From positions 22,084,954 to 22,148,953 of the forward strand of contig CP154954.1 in NCBI GenBank assembly GCA_039621445.1: DNA of 64,000 nucleotides. Reading direction: 5' to 3'. The notes beneath the pieces are model-generated. The model worked only from the letters and a program-made list of their open reading frames with translations. It searched no databases and was not told where the DNA came from. Positions 26,314-38,502 of this stretch are shown one piece after another. A program made the translations under genes and the position numbers. Positions within the stretch are counted from its first letter, which is position 1. Every line of letters begins with the position of its first letter. This DNA is from Euglena gracilis (Eukaryota).

Positions 26314-27169
26314 TCGGCTCACTGACTTCGTCAGTGAGGTTTTTTCAGATTCGGTGAACGTCGTTTGTTCCGCTGCCTCTGCCAGCAGAATCAGTGCAAA
26401 GTTTTCAGATTCGGCTGACATCGCAAGCAAAGGTTGTTTCATTGACCCAGTCAGTGAAAATTTTTCAGAGACGGTCGACACAGTCACAGAGATTTGTTCT
26501 GGTGGCTGTGCCAGCAGAATGGTACACGAGGGCAGTTTAACCAACCCAATTGTCTGTGAATTTTCAGAAGAATCTGCAGAAATCTGCTCGTTTTCAGGTC
26601 AATCTGTCCGAAATTCAGATTGTGGTGAAAATTTTCTGAGATATGTGGCAGAAAGCTGTTTTCAGAACGAAAAAGAAACTGAATTTTCTGCAGCCCAGTT
26701 TTCAGAACCTGTGGCATTATTGCAAATCATGACGGAATCTGTGGCAGAAAACAATTTTCAGGCTGCAGAAACTTTATCGGCTTCAGGATTTTCAGAAACG
26801 ACACAGGAATCAGAATCTGATTCTGATTCGGAGAGGGGGTTAATTACATGCATAAGGCCCATCACGGTGGCAGGGCCAGAAAATTTTCAGCTGGTTCCAC
26901 TGCACAGCAGTGATGAGGAACCAGACCCCCAAGCTTACGAAAGCGAATCAGAGGAAGAAAAACAAGCTGAAAACGCCATAATTCAGGAAATGGTTATGCA
27001 GAGAATGAAAGCTGCTGGCATGTGACCAGTAAATTTTTCAGGTTTTCAGCAAATTTCTGTGTCATCACGAGACAGCAGCCCAGGGCCAGAACAAAACATT
27101 TTGTGTTTAACAGCCCAGCCAGAACCATTGCTGTTAACACAGAGTTCAGAATCACAGTCAGCACAGCCA

Positions 27170-27730
27170 GCTGCAGCCCGGCTGCAGGTCTTTCAGCCAG
27201 CCCAGCCGTTTTCGGCTGAGATATCTGTCCCAGCTCAGATGACATCACAGGTTTTTCACCCAGCCAAGCAGTTTTCGGCTGGGTCATCTGTCCCAGCAAT
27301 CATGGGGCCAGCCCAGATGACTTCACAGGTTTTTCAGCCAGCCCAGCAGTTTTCGGCTGAGTCATCTGTCCCAGCAATCATGGGGCCAGCCCAGATGACT
27401 TCACAGGTTTTCAGCCAGCCCAGCAGTTTTCGGCTGAGTCATCCGTCCCAGCAATCATGGGGCCAGCCCAGATGACTTCACAGGTTTTTCAGCCAGCTCA
27501 GCAGTTTTCGGCTGAATCATCTGTCCCAGCAATCATGGAGCCAGCCCAGATGACTTCACAGGTTTTTTTAGCCAGCCCAGCAGTTTTGGCTGAGTCATCT
27601 GTCCCAGCAATCATGGAGCCAGCCCAGATGACTTCACAGGTTTTTCAGCAAGCCCAGCAGTTTTCGGCTGAATCATCTGTCCCAGCAATCATGGGACCAG
27701 CCCAGATGCATGGGCAGGTTTTTCAGCCAG
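27170..27730 (+). repeat. 78-bp coding tandem repeat, about 7 units (AQMTSQVFQPAQQFSAESSVPAIMGP)
   Basis: cagatg recurs at about 78-nt spacing from ~27236 to ~27703. Confidence 0.9.
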
Positions 27731-30568
27731 CGTTAACAGTGTCTTCAAACACAGGCCCAGCACAGGGTTTTCGGCCAATTCAGCCAGATTTTCCACAGAC
27801 CCAGCCAAAAAATTTACAGCCAAACACCAGTTTTTCTGCAGAAACTGGGTCCGAAAACCTGAAAATCAGCATGATGTGGAAATGGAATCCGGCTATGGCC
27901 AATCTGATGATGATTCGAACAATTGGGGTGAAGAAATCAGTTGCAAAATTGAATCTTTACATGACAGACTTTTGGTGCAGGAAGGAAAAAATCCTGAGAA
28001 AATGGCTGAAAATCTGGTGGGTGAGGCAGAAAATAGGCTAAATCAGGCATTTGCCATGTCACAGGGGCAGGGATTGAACCTGGTGAATGAGGCTTTGGGC
28101 ATGCATGATCAACGAATGGCTGATCAGATTGCCATTGTGAAACCTGAAATTCAGGCTGAACTGAGTGCAACCATAAACGACTTGCTTTTTGCAGTTTCAG
28201 CAAAATGGTGAAATGGTGCAAAATCTGGCCCAATGCCAAAGGCATTTGTTGAGTGTGGAAATGGAACGGCAGTTTGCCGAAAAAGTGAAGAAAGTGGAGG
28301 ACGGAGTAAACACGTTTTTTGAGGCCCAGGTTGAGGGGTTGAGAAAAAATGAGAGGGATTTTTCTGAGAAGCTGTCGTTTTTGGAAAAATCTGTGGGGGA
28401 GATGCACGTGGTGGTGCAACAAGTGGGGGAGAAGGAAAAAAAGCAGGAAATTGCTGTTAATCAGGTCAAATCTGCAGTCGGTGAGCTAAGCTCTGGTCTG
28501 GAGGGACGTTTCGGGATCATTTTTCAGCAATGTAAAAGTTTGGGGGAGACTGAGTGTGCCAAATTTCAGGCACAGGCTGAGAAACTGAAGGAATTTTCAC
28601 AATCCCTGGAGCGAGAGAGCAAAGCTCTGAATGACCGTTTGGGGAGGTTTGAGAATTTTCTGGGTCGGAAAGATTTTCCCATTGAGAAAGTCTGTGACCT
28701 GATTAACAAGAGTGAGGAAACAATTCGGTTGGAGGTGCAAAGGGAGTTGGGGCTGCAAACGAGAAAGAATTTGGAGGTCATTATCAGTGAAATGTTGCAG
28801 GAAAGGTTGAGGCTGAGTGAAAGGGAGGGGCAGTTTGAGAAAGTTCGGGCTGAAATGGAAAATTCGATGAAACAGCAGGTTGGAGTTTTACTGCAACAGC
28901 AGTCCAGTGAACTTTTTAAAGAACAGCAGGAGCGGAAAAAATTGCAACAAAAGCTGGATTTATTTCAGGCTGAGTTTTTGGTGATGAAAAATCAGCAAGC
29001 TGAATCTGCCAAATCTGCGACAGTGGATCTGACAAAGGAAACGAGAGAAAAGTCAGCTAGAAACCCAGAAATCGAGGAGTTTGATCTTTTTGGTTACAAC
29101 GATTTACCTGTGATCGAGAAAAATCCGGTTGAAATTGAAGGCTATGAATACGCTGAACCAGGATCACATGCGACACGTGTCAGGCAAGTTTGTGCACGAC
29201 CTGTGGGGGCAGTGCCTGCAGGTGCAGAGCTTGTTTCATCAAATGCAGTGGCAACACATCAATTGATGAAAAACCTGGTAGCTCCAAATTTTTCTGGACA
29301 GCCAAAAGACAGGTCGTCCTTTGTGCGGGATTGGGATCAATATTTCAGGACGTTGGTTATTTTGCAAAATGGACATGTATCTGATCCACTCAAACTTCGG
29401 CTTTTTGCAATGACTCTGGACGACACAGATCAAAAGGAGTTGCAATTCCGACTGGAATTGAACGGAAAAACATCTTTCGAGGAGGAATTTGACAGGATTG
29501 ACGGGAAATATGCTGGAACTCAGTCCGACTGTGCCAGAAAAAAATGGTATGATGTGAACCTCGTGAACCAAGGGAAAATTACCGTACGGGAATGGCGAGA
29601 CTTTGTCATAAATTTCAGAATAGCCGGGAGACAGGTGAAAAGCGTCACTGACGATGAGGCAGAAAGACTGGTCAAAGGAAAACTGCCAAATTTCGTTTTG
29701 CATTGGGTTGCCGATGAGGAGGAAAGAAAATCAACGTGTTGACCGAAAGTCAAAATGTACCCTGGAGTGCCTGCAACTGAGGAACACATCATGTGTGCCG
29801 TGGAACGTGTCACTGGGGAAAAGCCCTGCAAGGTTTCGAAAGTTTCACCGCTGGAGTTCGAAGTCTTTTTGCCCAATATTACGATTTGCGACAAACTGAA
29901 AGAGGTCAGTGGGAAACCAATCACAGGCACGGATAAAACAATCAAAATTGTGGAGGAAAAGCCAAAAATGGGAGCTGAAGAAATTTTTCGTTTTGTTGAG
30001 CGAAAATTGTCATCCAGGGATGATCAAGACATGATACACAGTTCCAGAGAGCCAAATGGATCCGGAAACCAGAGGGCCAGGTCTGCAAAGGCAGATCGGG
30101 CCAAGGGGTCCAGGACACCCTTCTTAGCACGGTCACCAAAGGGGGGCGAAACGGTGACAAAACCGTCCGTTGGACAATCAGATTAACAGGTGGCAGCTCC
30201 TACGAACAATGCAGACGTGAACCCCCCATTGCAAAATCCAGTGCCAGTGATTCGATCACAGTCATTGCCACCCCCCCAGCAATCTCAATTTGGCAATGGG
30301 GGGGGGATGGAGAAACGATTCTAGGTGGAATTCCAATGCCAATGCCAATTTTCAGGGAAATCAGTGGTGGCACTCAAATCAACAGAATTTTGATTCACAG
30401 TCTGGTGGTGGCAAAGGCAAAGGCAAAGGAAAAGGCAAAGGAAACAATTCCTGGGGGAAAGGAAACAATAGAAATGACTGGTCTAGGGGAAGGCGCCAGG
30501 ACGGTGGAAAAGGCAAAGGCAAAGGAAGGGGGAAAGGAAACCAATGCTAGGATAGCCGGGGTGGACCG

Positions 30569-31900
30569 TTGGGGGCGGGAGCCGCCCCGGGCTCGCATAC
30601 CCAGCCCCACACAAAGACATATGCAAATCCCAGGTGGCAAGAAAAATGTCGTGCGAGTGAAAGCACGATGAAAAATCTGCCATCCCAGGAGATCTCTGCA
30701 CAAGGTTTGTCCAGTGTGTCGGGTGCGTGTGTGCGTGACGTGCAAATCTGTGACTCGGCCCAAATCTGTAAAAAACCAGACCTCATAAGAGGTCGTGCAC
30801 AGCCTTCCGTAAAGAAAAGAGCTTTAGACCTTTTTTGCGGTAAAGGCTCGGTTGGGGATTTCCTGAGAGAGCAGGGGTTTAAGGTTGTGTCAGTGGACAT
30901 AAACCCCAGATTTAACCCAACCCACTGTGCAAATATTTTGGAGTGGAGATATTGGAGGTACCCCCCCGGATATTTTCAGATCATCGCTGCGGGGGTGCCC
31001 TGTACAGAATATAGCTTGGCCAAAACGTTGGGAGTCAGAAATTTGGAGGGGGCAGATCGGCTGGTCAAAAAAACTTTGGAAATTGTCAAATATTTCAAAA
31101 CAAAGTTGTGGTGGATTGAAAATACCCGTCATGGGTTGCTTCGAAAAAGACCCTGTGTTCAAAATCTGACTTTTGTCGATGTTGATTATTGTCAATTTTC
31201 AGATTGGGGATATCAAAAACCCACCAGAATTTGGGGGAGCGAAAATCTGAGCAAGCTACAAAACAAACTTTGTGATGTCCAGACCTGCCCGAATTTGATT
31301 CCTGGGGGGAGGAGTCACCGTGAAAAGTTGGGAGGGTATGGAATGACAGTTGGCACCCAGAAAAAATGGAGGATGCCCAAACAACTGGTGGAGTATTTGT
31401 TAACCGTGTTGGAACGAAAAAGTGGATATCGTAGGGAGGATTATGCTGTTAGGAAAGTTTGTATGGAGGAAATTGAGAAAGTTTTTCGGGTTAAGGCAGA
31501 ACGGGATTGTTTTGCAACCAGCCAAAATGCCAGGTGTGAAAAGTTTTATGGGGAGGATGATGATGCCATGAAAAAGGATTGGGGGGCGGAGGAAACGTTG
31601 TGGATGAACCCCCCCTGGACTTTGTGGCCTGAGGTGGCTGAAAAATTGCAAAATTCCAATTGTCCGGCAATTTGTATTTTCCCAGACTGGAATAGGAGGT
31701 GGGTGAAAAATCTGGTGGCTATGGCTGTCAAAAAGATTTATTTTCCCAAGGGGACAAAGTTGTTTGAGGCTGATGGGAGGATTTTGAGGGGTACCCGTTG
31801 GGGGGTGTGGGCCTTGTTGATTGATAGAAGGCAACCCTCCCAGGGGGGGGGGCAGCCCCAGGAAGGAAAAAATTGGTTCGGCGGAAGAAAAGAATGTTGA
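30569..31900 (+). CDS. Fused C5-cytosine DNA methyltransferase (~30821-31410) and Dam-like N6-adenine methyltransferase (~31430-31830)
   Basis: C5: LDLFCGKGS (I), VSVDI (II), GVPCTEYS (IV), WIEN (VI), YQKPTRIW (VIII). N6: DCFATSQNARCEKFY...DAMKKDW...LWMNPPW...ICIFPDW. No stops across either domain. Confidence 0.9.
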   Translation: MGAGAAPGSHTQPHTKTYANPRWQEKCRASESTMKNLPSQEISAQGLSSVSGACVRDVQICDSAQICKKPDLIRGRAQPSVKKRALDLFCGKGSVGDFLREQGFKVVSVDINPRFNPTHCANILEWRYWRYPPGYFQIIAAGVPCTEYSLAKTLGVRNLEGADRLVKKTLEIVKYFKTKLWWIENTRHGLLRKRPCVQNLTFVDVDYCQFSDWGYQKPTRIWGSENLSKLQNKLCDVQTCPNLIPGGRSHREKLGGYGMTVGTQKKWRMPKQLVEYLLTVLERKSGYRREDYAVRKVCMEEIEKVFRVKAERDCFATSQNARCEKFYGEDDDAMKKDWGAEETLWMNPPWTLWPEVAEKLQNSNCPAICIFPDWNRRWVKNLVAMAVKKIYFPKGTKLFEADGRILRGTRWGVWALLIDRRQPSQGGGQPQEGKNWFGGRKEC

Positions 31901-32350
31901 GGGGGACGAAAACTCGGGGAGGATCGAAGAAACTTGGGGAGGACAGACAACTGCTGTTAAAAACCCAGATTAAGTTGGCAAATGGGGAGGAAAAAATGGC
32001 CAGAATTTTGATTGACACGGGGGCTGAGGCAAACCTCATTCGACAAGGGTTGATAGGGGACCACCTAATGTATCCTGCTAAGGACCCGTTAAGGTTTGAA
32101 ACTGCCAATGGGCAAACTTTGGCGGGGGGGGAGCAGATGTACAAAGGTGAAAATGATCCTTCAACAAAATTGGAATGAGGAAACGGAAATTGAGAAAGTG
32201 GTATATGAGGTTGAATTTTATGAGGCAAACATCAAAGTTGATGCTATTCTTTCTTATCCATGGTTGGCAGAAGCAAAACTGGGAATTTTTCCACACCACA
32301 AGGCATTGGTGAAAGACAGCCCCGACCTGATTTTTTTGCGGGGTGTTTAA
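31873..32350 (+). pseudogene. Aspartic protease of element B (frameshift in a G-run near 32125)
   Basis: ILIDTGAEANLI, FETANGQ, DAILSYPWL. Confidence 0.9.
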
Positions 32351-32395
32351 AGACGGAGGGGTCCGCAAAAATTCAGGGATGACACAAATTTTTCA

Positions 32396-35300
32396 GTGGA
32401 CAGTGTGGCTGTGGCGGACGGGTCTTCGTTTGGGTTGCAAAAACTTGGTCTTTGTTTGCCTTTGGAAGGGTTGGACCAGGAATTGCAATTTTTTAGTGAC
32501 GAGGACTTGGGGGAGGTCGCCACAAATTTGGAGGGAAGTGACCCCCCAGTGCAAGTTATCAACCGAGTGATAATTGCAAGGGAGGGGGAGGACAAAAAAG
32601 AGGATGAACGGGTAGTCAAGTTGAGGGAACAAGTTTTGGAAGATTACGGGGGGACGGTATTTCGGTCATCGCCATTTCCAGACCCCCCCGAAAGAGGACA
32701 ATATGGTTATGCATACATACCGCTGAAGGAGGGGGCAAAGCCAACCAGACAGAAGCCTTTTTTCATGCACGGTGAGAGGAAAGAGGCACTTGAAAAAATC
32801 ACCCAAGACTGGCTCGACAAAAAACACATTGAGCCAGCCACAGCCAAAAATTCTGAATGGCTGTCCCAGACTTTTCCAGTTCCAAAAAAATACAACGATT
32901 TTCCTTGGAGGGGGGTGGTGGACCTCAGGGGGCCAAACAGCCAAACAAGGCGATGCAACTACCCCCTACCCAAAATTGAAGACATTTTGGTCAAAAATGG
33001 GGCAAACCAAATGTTTTCGATCATCGATTTGAAGCAAGCTTTCCACCAACAACCCCTACACCCAGAAAGTCGGCCCATAACGTGTTGTTTCACCCCCAAA
33101 GGCATTTTTCAGTGGAGGGTGAACGTAATGGGTTTGACAAATGCCCCCCAGCAATTTCAGCAAATGATCGATGACCCTTTGACACCAGTAAGGGATATCG
33201 CCACAGGGTATATAGACGACATACTGGTGGGGACAACGGTCGGGGAAGGGGAGGACCTGGTGGGGGCACACGAAAAAGATTTGAGGAGGGTGTTGGAGGT
33301 ACTCAAAACAGAACTTTTGGTGGCTGATGAATTCAAAGCCAACCTTTTTGTGGAGGAGGTTGAATTTTGTGGACAGATTTTAGGAAATGGGACTAGGAGG
33401 CCTGCACCGGGTAAGCTACGAGCGATCGAAAAGTGGGAGGTTCCAAAAACAATTACGGCTTTGAGAGCCTTTTTGGGATTCACAAATTATTACAATGCAT
33501 ACATTCACATGTATGCGGAAGTAGCAGCCCGGTTGCAAGACAAATTGAAAGTCCCCAGGGAGGTGGGAAAGAAAGGAAGTCGAAAACCTGTGGAATTTGA
33601 TGGGGAGGATTTAAAAGCTTTTGAGGAGCTGAAAAAGAGGTTGTGTTCGGGCCTAATGTTGCAACGGGTAGACCCGGATAAACCCTTTGTCCTAAGGGTT
33701 GATGCCAGTGGGTACGCCGTGGGGGCAACGTTAGAGCAAATGAAGGAGGGGGGAGGAAGACCCACAGCCCAAGATGTGATTGAGAAAAAAACTGTGCCAG
33801 TGGCTTTTATGTCTCGAAAATTGACCGAGGGGCAAAGAAAATGGACCCCCAGGGAGTTGGAGACGTACGCCATAATTTTGGCACTACAAAAATGGGAAAG
33901 TTGGATTGGATTGCAACCCGTTTTGGTTTTAACCGACCACCAAAGTTTGGAGTCTTGGACAAGGGAAGTCCTAGACACCCCCAGTGGTCCGGTTGGGAGG
34001 AGGGCGACATCGCACCAAATTTTCTCCAAGTACGATTTGACGGTGGGATATATCCCGGGTAAAGAAAATACCATAGCGGATATCCTTAGTCGGTGGGCAT
34101 ACCCAGCTTCACAGGCCCTAAGGGATATAAGTAAGCATGGGTCAGCCGAAGACAAGGATGAAATGGAAAATTTTATCCGGGAGGTAAAAGAAGAGGAAAA
34201 ACAGTGTTTGGAGATAAGAATCAAAAACCAGCCCAATTTACGTAATGCCTGGATACGGGGGGTGACAACCCGTAGTGGCAAAAACGTAACACCTGAGGAG
34301 GAAAAAGGAGAGTGCACAAGGAGGGGAACCGAGGGTGGGGTAGACCCAGGAGGAAAAGACACCCCTGTGGACACCCACTCACAAGGGCCCAGGAAAGAAA
34401 AGAAACGAGTTCATTTTTGGGATGAGAAAGTGGGGGGGGAGACGACCCCTGTCCCGGAGACGGCTGAAAATTCGAGGGGGGACACTCGTATGGAAGTGGG
34501 GGACGCCCTGCCAAGTACGACCCCTAAGGATATTAAGCCCGTATGGGAGCGTGATTGGGGGGAAGCATATTCCCACTGCCCCACATGGAAAGAAAAATGG
34601 GTAGCTACCAAAGGCGATTCAATTTGGCCAAAGGGCTTCAAAGTGCTAAATGGCCAATTGTTTTTTGAGGAAAAGTTGTGTGTGCCTGAAAGTTTTCAGC
34701 ACTTGGTGATTCAAGAAAATCACGACTTTCTGGGGCACGTTGGCCCTGAAAAAAGTTTGGAAACACATGGCAATCCGTTTTGTTTGGGCTGATGAAAAGG
34801 CTGCAAAACAACTCAACCAAAATTGCAGCAAAAATTGTTCCACATGCCAAGCGAGTGTGAGGGGGGAGAGTTTGAAAGGACCGATCGAGTCCACACCCAT
34901 ACCCCCTGCACTAATGACAAGTGTTGCCATCGATTTGTTTCGAATGACAAGGGTTTTACACGACGGGGGGGGGGAGTATGACACCCTTTGTGTGGATAGG
35001 CATTCGGGATGGATTGTGGGGGTTGCATGCAAGGACAAGGGATTAACCGGTGCCAAGTTGGCTAAGGAAATGGTGAAAAATCAGTGGAGGCCTTTTGGGG
35101 TTCCCTCGGTTATCTCAAGTGACCAAGGGAGCCATTTTACAAGCACTTGGTGGAAAAATGTGTGTGCGCTTTTGGGGATTAGGCAAGCGTATTCTCAAGC
35201 ATACCACCACCAAGCAAACGGGAGGGTTGAGAGAGCCGGACAACAGGTAATGGAGGTGTTGAGAAAATTGTACGTGGGGGAAAAAATTAATTGGGTTGAG

Positions 35301-36020
35301 GCTTTACCCCAAGTTTTGGACCGAATTCATGACGTAAAGGGGGAAAGCGGATTGAGCCCATTTGAAATTTTGCATGGAAGGGAACGACCACTGGCAGGGG
35401 TACCCTACCAACCACCCAAACAATGTGAGGATTCGGTGGAGTTTTTCCAAAGGATGCAAGACATTGATGGGAGGGTGGCTAGGATACTCAACAAAAAGCA
35501 TGAGGAGGAGGTGGCAAGGATAAATAAGGGGAGGAAAGAAATGGAACCCCTAAAGGTGGGGACGACAGTTTGGTATAGGAGACCCGAGGGGTCGGGTGAG
35601 AAGCTTGACTCTAGGTGGGTGGGACCTGGGGTCGTGAAGGGTAGAGAAGGGGAACGAAGTTATGTAGTCAAATTGAAACCTGGGGTGGAGACAAAAGCTC
35701 GTAGGAGTTTTTTGAAGGAGTATCGGGAACCCCAAGTGGAAGGTAAGGGGGTGCCTCTTTTTTATTATAAACGGACCGAAAAAGAAGAAGAGGCATTACC
35801 TGATGAGTGGGAGGTGGGAAAAATTCTAAGGCACCGAAAAGCAAAAGATGGAAAGTGGGAATTTTTGACCAAGTGGGTCGGATATGAGGACGGGGAGGAG
35901 ACCTGGGAACCGGCTGTAAATTTTTTTCACAGATTCAGTGGAGAGTTTGTGAAGTATTGCCGTGAGAAAAAAGTGAAAATGGACATAATGTCCGAACTTA
36001 AAATTGACGGTGGGCCGTAG
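32396..36020 (+). CDS. pol: Pol of element B: RT, RNase H, integrase, chromodomain (frameshift near 34750 in an A-run)
   Basis: WRGVVDLRGPN, IDLKQAFHQ, YIDDILV, FLGFTNYY, VDASGYAVGA, ELETYA; HDFLGH/CSTCQ; IDLF, SSDQGSHF, NGRVER; WEVGKILRHRK...KWVGYEDGEETWEP. Confidence 0.95.
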
Positions 36021-36436
36021 GCTCTAAGGTGAGCCATAAGGCCCTGTCCAAGGCTCTACGGTGAGCCTAATGGAAAGGCAAAGTGCTGTTTTTAAAATTC
36101 AAAAACCGGATTTGCACGTCTGTGTGGGTGTGAGCGCACGCACACACGCATGAGCGTGTAAAGGAGAGAATGTACAAATGCAAGGATTTACAAGGAGAAT
36201 GGAGAATGGTAGAAAAAGGCCCCGCAGGGGGGCCGGGGCACCACAGTATATTCGCTACCCATTCGCTATATTGCCGTCCGCTGTCCCTCTTCCCTTCCCT
36301 CCCTCTACCTTACCCCGCTGCCCTACCTTACCCCACATTGCCGTCACGCGGTGGTGTTGTAAGGATTCCTTCTCAAACATTCGGATATGTGGATGATATG
36401 GTTGGGAGTCCATGGTCACATAATGAGCCCCCCTTC

Positions 36437-36915
36437 GGTTTGACAAAAATCCCCCGGCCCGAGGAGGGCGGGGGGCGCTTGATTTTTGGACAAAAATCCC
36501 CCCGGCCCGAGGAGGGGGGGGGGCGCTTGATTTTTTAAAAAAATCCCCCTGCCCGAGGAGGGGGGGGGGCGCCTGACTTTTTTGGCAAAAATCCCCCGGC
36601 CCGAGGGGGGGGGGCGCTTGATTTTTTGACAAAAATCTTCCCGGCCCGAGGAGGGGGGGGGGCGCTTGATTTTTTGACAAAAATCCCCCCGGCCCGAGGA
36701 GGAGGGTGGCGCTTGATTTTTTTGACAAAAATCTCCCCGGCCCGAGGAGGGGGGGTGGGGGCGTTTGATTTTTTGACAAAATCCCCCCGGCCGGAGGAGG
36801 GGGGGGGCTAGACAAATTTGAACCAAAAATCCCCCCGACCCGAGGGGGGGGGCGCCAACCGGATTTTTACCAAAAATCCCCCGACCCGTTGGAAAGGGGG
36901 GGGGAGGGCAGATTT
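36437..36915 (+). repeat. ~40-bp tandem array (ttttgacaaaaatccccccggcccgaggaggggggggcgcttga), about 11 units, in the 3' non-coding region of element B
   Basis: Direct reading of repeated units. Confidence 0.9.
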
Positions 36916-37176
36916 TGGTGAAGACCCTCATTCCACCCGTGAGAAGCGGGGGGGGGGGAGCCAAATATTCATTGGTTGGTGAACCGAGTCTTTCCCAAGG
37001 GTTTGAAGGCACTTGAAAGCCATAGTCCCTGAATTTTGTTTCCCATTTGTTGATTCAAGGGAGAATGGGTGTGGGACATAGGCTTTGGATGAAAGAGTGC
37101 CGAATGGAGGATTTCCCCCCCCCCCGTTGTTGAGGAACGGGGGGGGGGCGAGTTTTTGGTGTCCGACTAAGGTCGC

Positions 37177-37187
37177 AAGGGAGGGGG
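37177..37187 (+). promoter_or_regulatory. Polypurine tract of element B
   Basis: aagggaggggg directly before the TG of the 3' LTR. Confidence 0.85.
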
Positions 37188-38016
37188 TGTCGGCCGCCGG
37201 CTTTCGCCGGGGGCCAAAAATTGCCAGAAAGCGCAAATTTCAAAGTCGCGGGTAACAGCCAATTAGTTAGAGAAAACCGCGACACAAATTGGAAGCGGGT
37301 CAAATTACTTTGCGCTTTCAAATTCATCTTTTTTACAGAACTTGAGGGGTTTTCCCTATTATTTGGCAAAGAGGAAATACATTGAATTGGATTTGATCAA
37401 TCACATTGTTGAATTGGAATTGACAGATACATTGTTGGGTCATTACATTGTTGGTGGAGTTATTGAAGTCAATTTGGTATTGAAATCAAGAAAGAGACCC
37501 TACAACACCGCCACCCTCACCGCCGCTTCTATTCCCTATACCCCTCTTCCTTGCCCCAGGTTGTTTTTTTATCACATTCAGTCACTCTCACAGATTTCCA
37601 ACAGTTTGATTGCTTCTCCAGTGGGTTGGGATTCATTTCAGATTCAGTGGGTTGGTTTGTGAGTTGGTTTGTGCAAGAGAGTGTGAGAGAGAGAAAGAGA
37701 GAAAAGTGACATTTCAGAGAGAAAAGTTCGATTTCATTGCAAATGGCAGATTTTTCGGTGTTCACCAAAATTTCGGAAACCCGTAAAAACGATCCTACGC
37801 GCCGGCTGGGGTAGGGGGAAACACCTGTGTGAAAAAAGGGAGTTGGCCTGAGCCCACCAATTCTCAGAAAAAGCACAGGCCCCACCCCGGAAACACCCAC
37901 CCCCCTGCTGTCGGTGGTTTTCCACGACGGCGAGGACCGCCCCGGGCCCTCGGCCCACCGGGACTCGCCGGTCGCGGGGGCGACCGGCGGCGCACAGGGG
38001 GTGGGGCCGGTAAACA
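37188..38016 (+). repeat. 3' LTR of element B
   Basis: tgtcggcc...ggtaaaca followed by the ccag TSD. Confidence 0.95.
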
Positions 38017-38502
38017 CCAGACGACTACAGCGGAGATGGCTCGACCACCAAAAAAGATTGGAAGATTTGAAGACTGGTGGACAAAATTGGGGACCAGATT
38101 GGACATTGCAAAGACATTGTGATTGGTAATTACAATTTGATGCAACTTTGATTGTGGTCGGCTGATGGGTATTTGTCTTTGGCTGTGGCCTGACGCCGCA
38201 GTTCTGTGTGTACACCTGTGGATCGGCTGCGAAAGAATTTATCCGATGTGGCCTGATGCCGCAGAAGTGTGCTGCAATTTGGCTGCTAATCACTCCTTGG
38301 CTGTAACATAGTCACTCAGATCGTGTCACTCCTGTGTGCTGTGTAGTGTGTCGGTGGCAGGTGTGAAGGCAATCATCCAGGACAGTACCACTGCAATTTC
38401 AAATGGACCACTTTTTTGCCTGGCCCCTCAAAAAAATTCGATGCACCTGGCCCAATTTGGAGTCAGGTCAGATTGCCGAGGGCAATCTCTTGAGCAGGGG
38501 GG

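Larger units (their letters stand above)
26198..30550 (+). pseudogene. gag: Large gag-like region of element B (acidic N-terminus, 26-aa repeats, coiled coil, capsid-like core, GK-rich tail)
   Basis: ORFs 26198-27025, 27059-28041, 27876-28211, 28189-29742, 29755-30186, 30290-30550; APNFSGQPKDRSSFVRDWDQYF resembles the element A gag core. Confidence 0.7.
25470..38016 (+). mobile_element. Full-length Ty3/Gypsy LTR retrotransposon with chromodomain (element B) encoding dual DNA methyltransferases
   Basis: ~830-bp LTRs, both starting TG and the 3' copy ending CA; CCAG TSD at 25466-25469 and 38017-38020; PBS, PPT; gag-MTases-PR-RT-RH-IN-chromodomain. Confidence 0.96.

Noticed and set aside
27170-27730. 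Possible CRISPR array (also 36437-36915)
   Set aside because: Units are contiguous tandem repeats without unique spacers, there are no cas genes, and the context is a eukaryotic retroelement.
30569-31900. Bacterial or phage restriction-modification contamination
   Set aside because: The MTases lie between gag and protease inside matched LTRs with a TSD, share the element's composition, and have no nuclease partner.
33505-34374. Long antisense ORFs (also 9957-10748 and 18560-19600)
   Set aside because: Shadows of the sense-strand coding sequence with biased composition.
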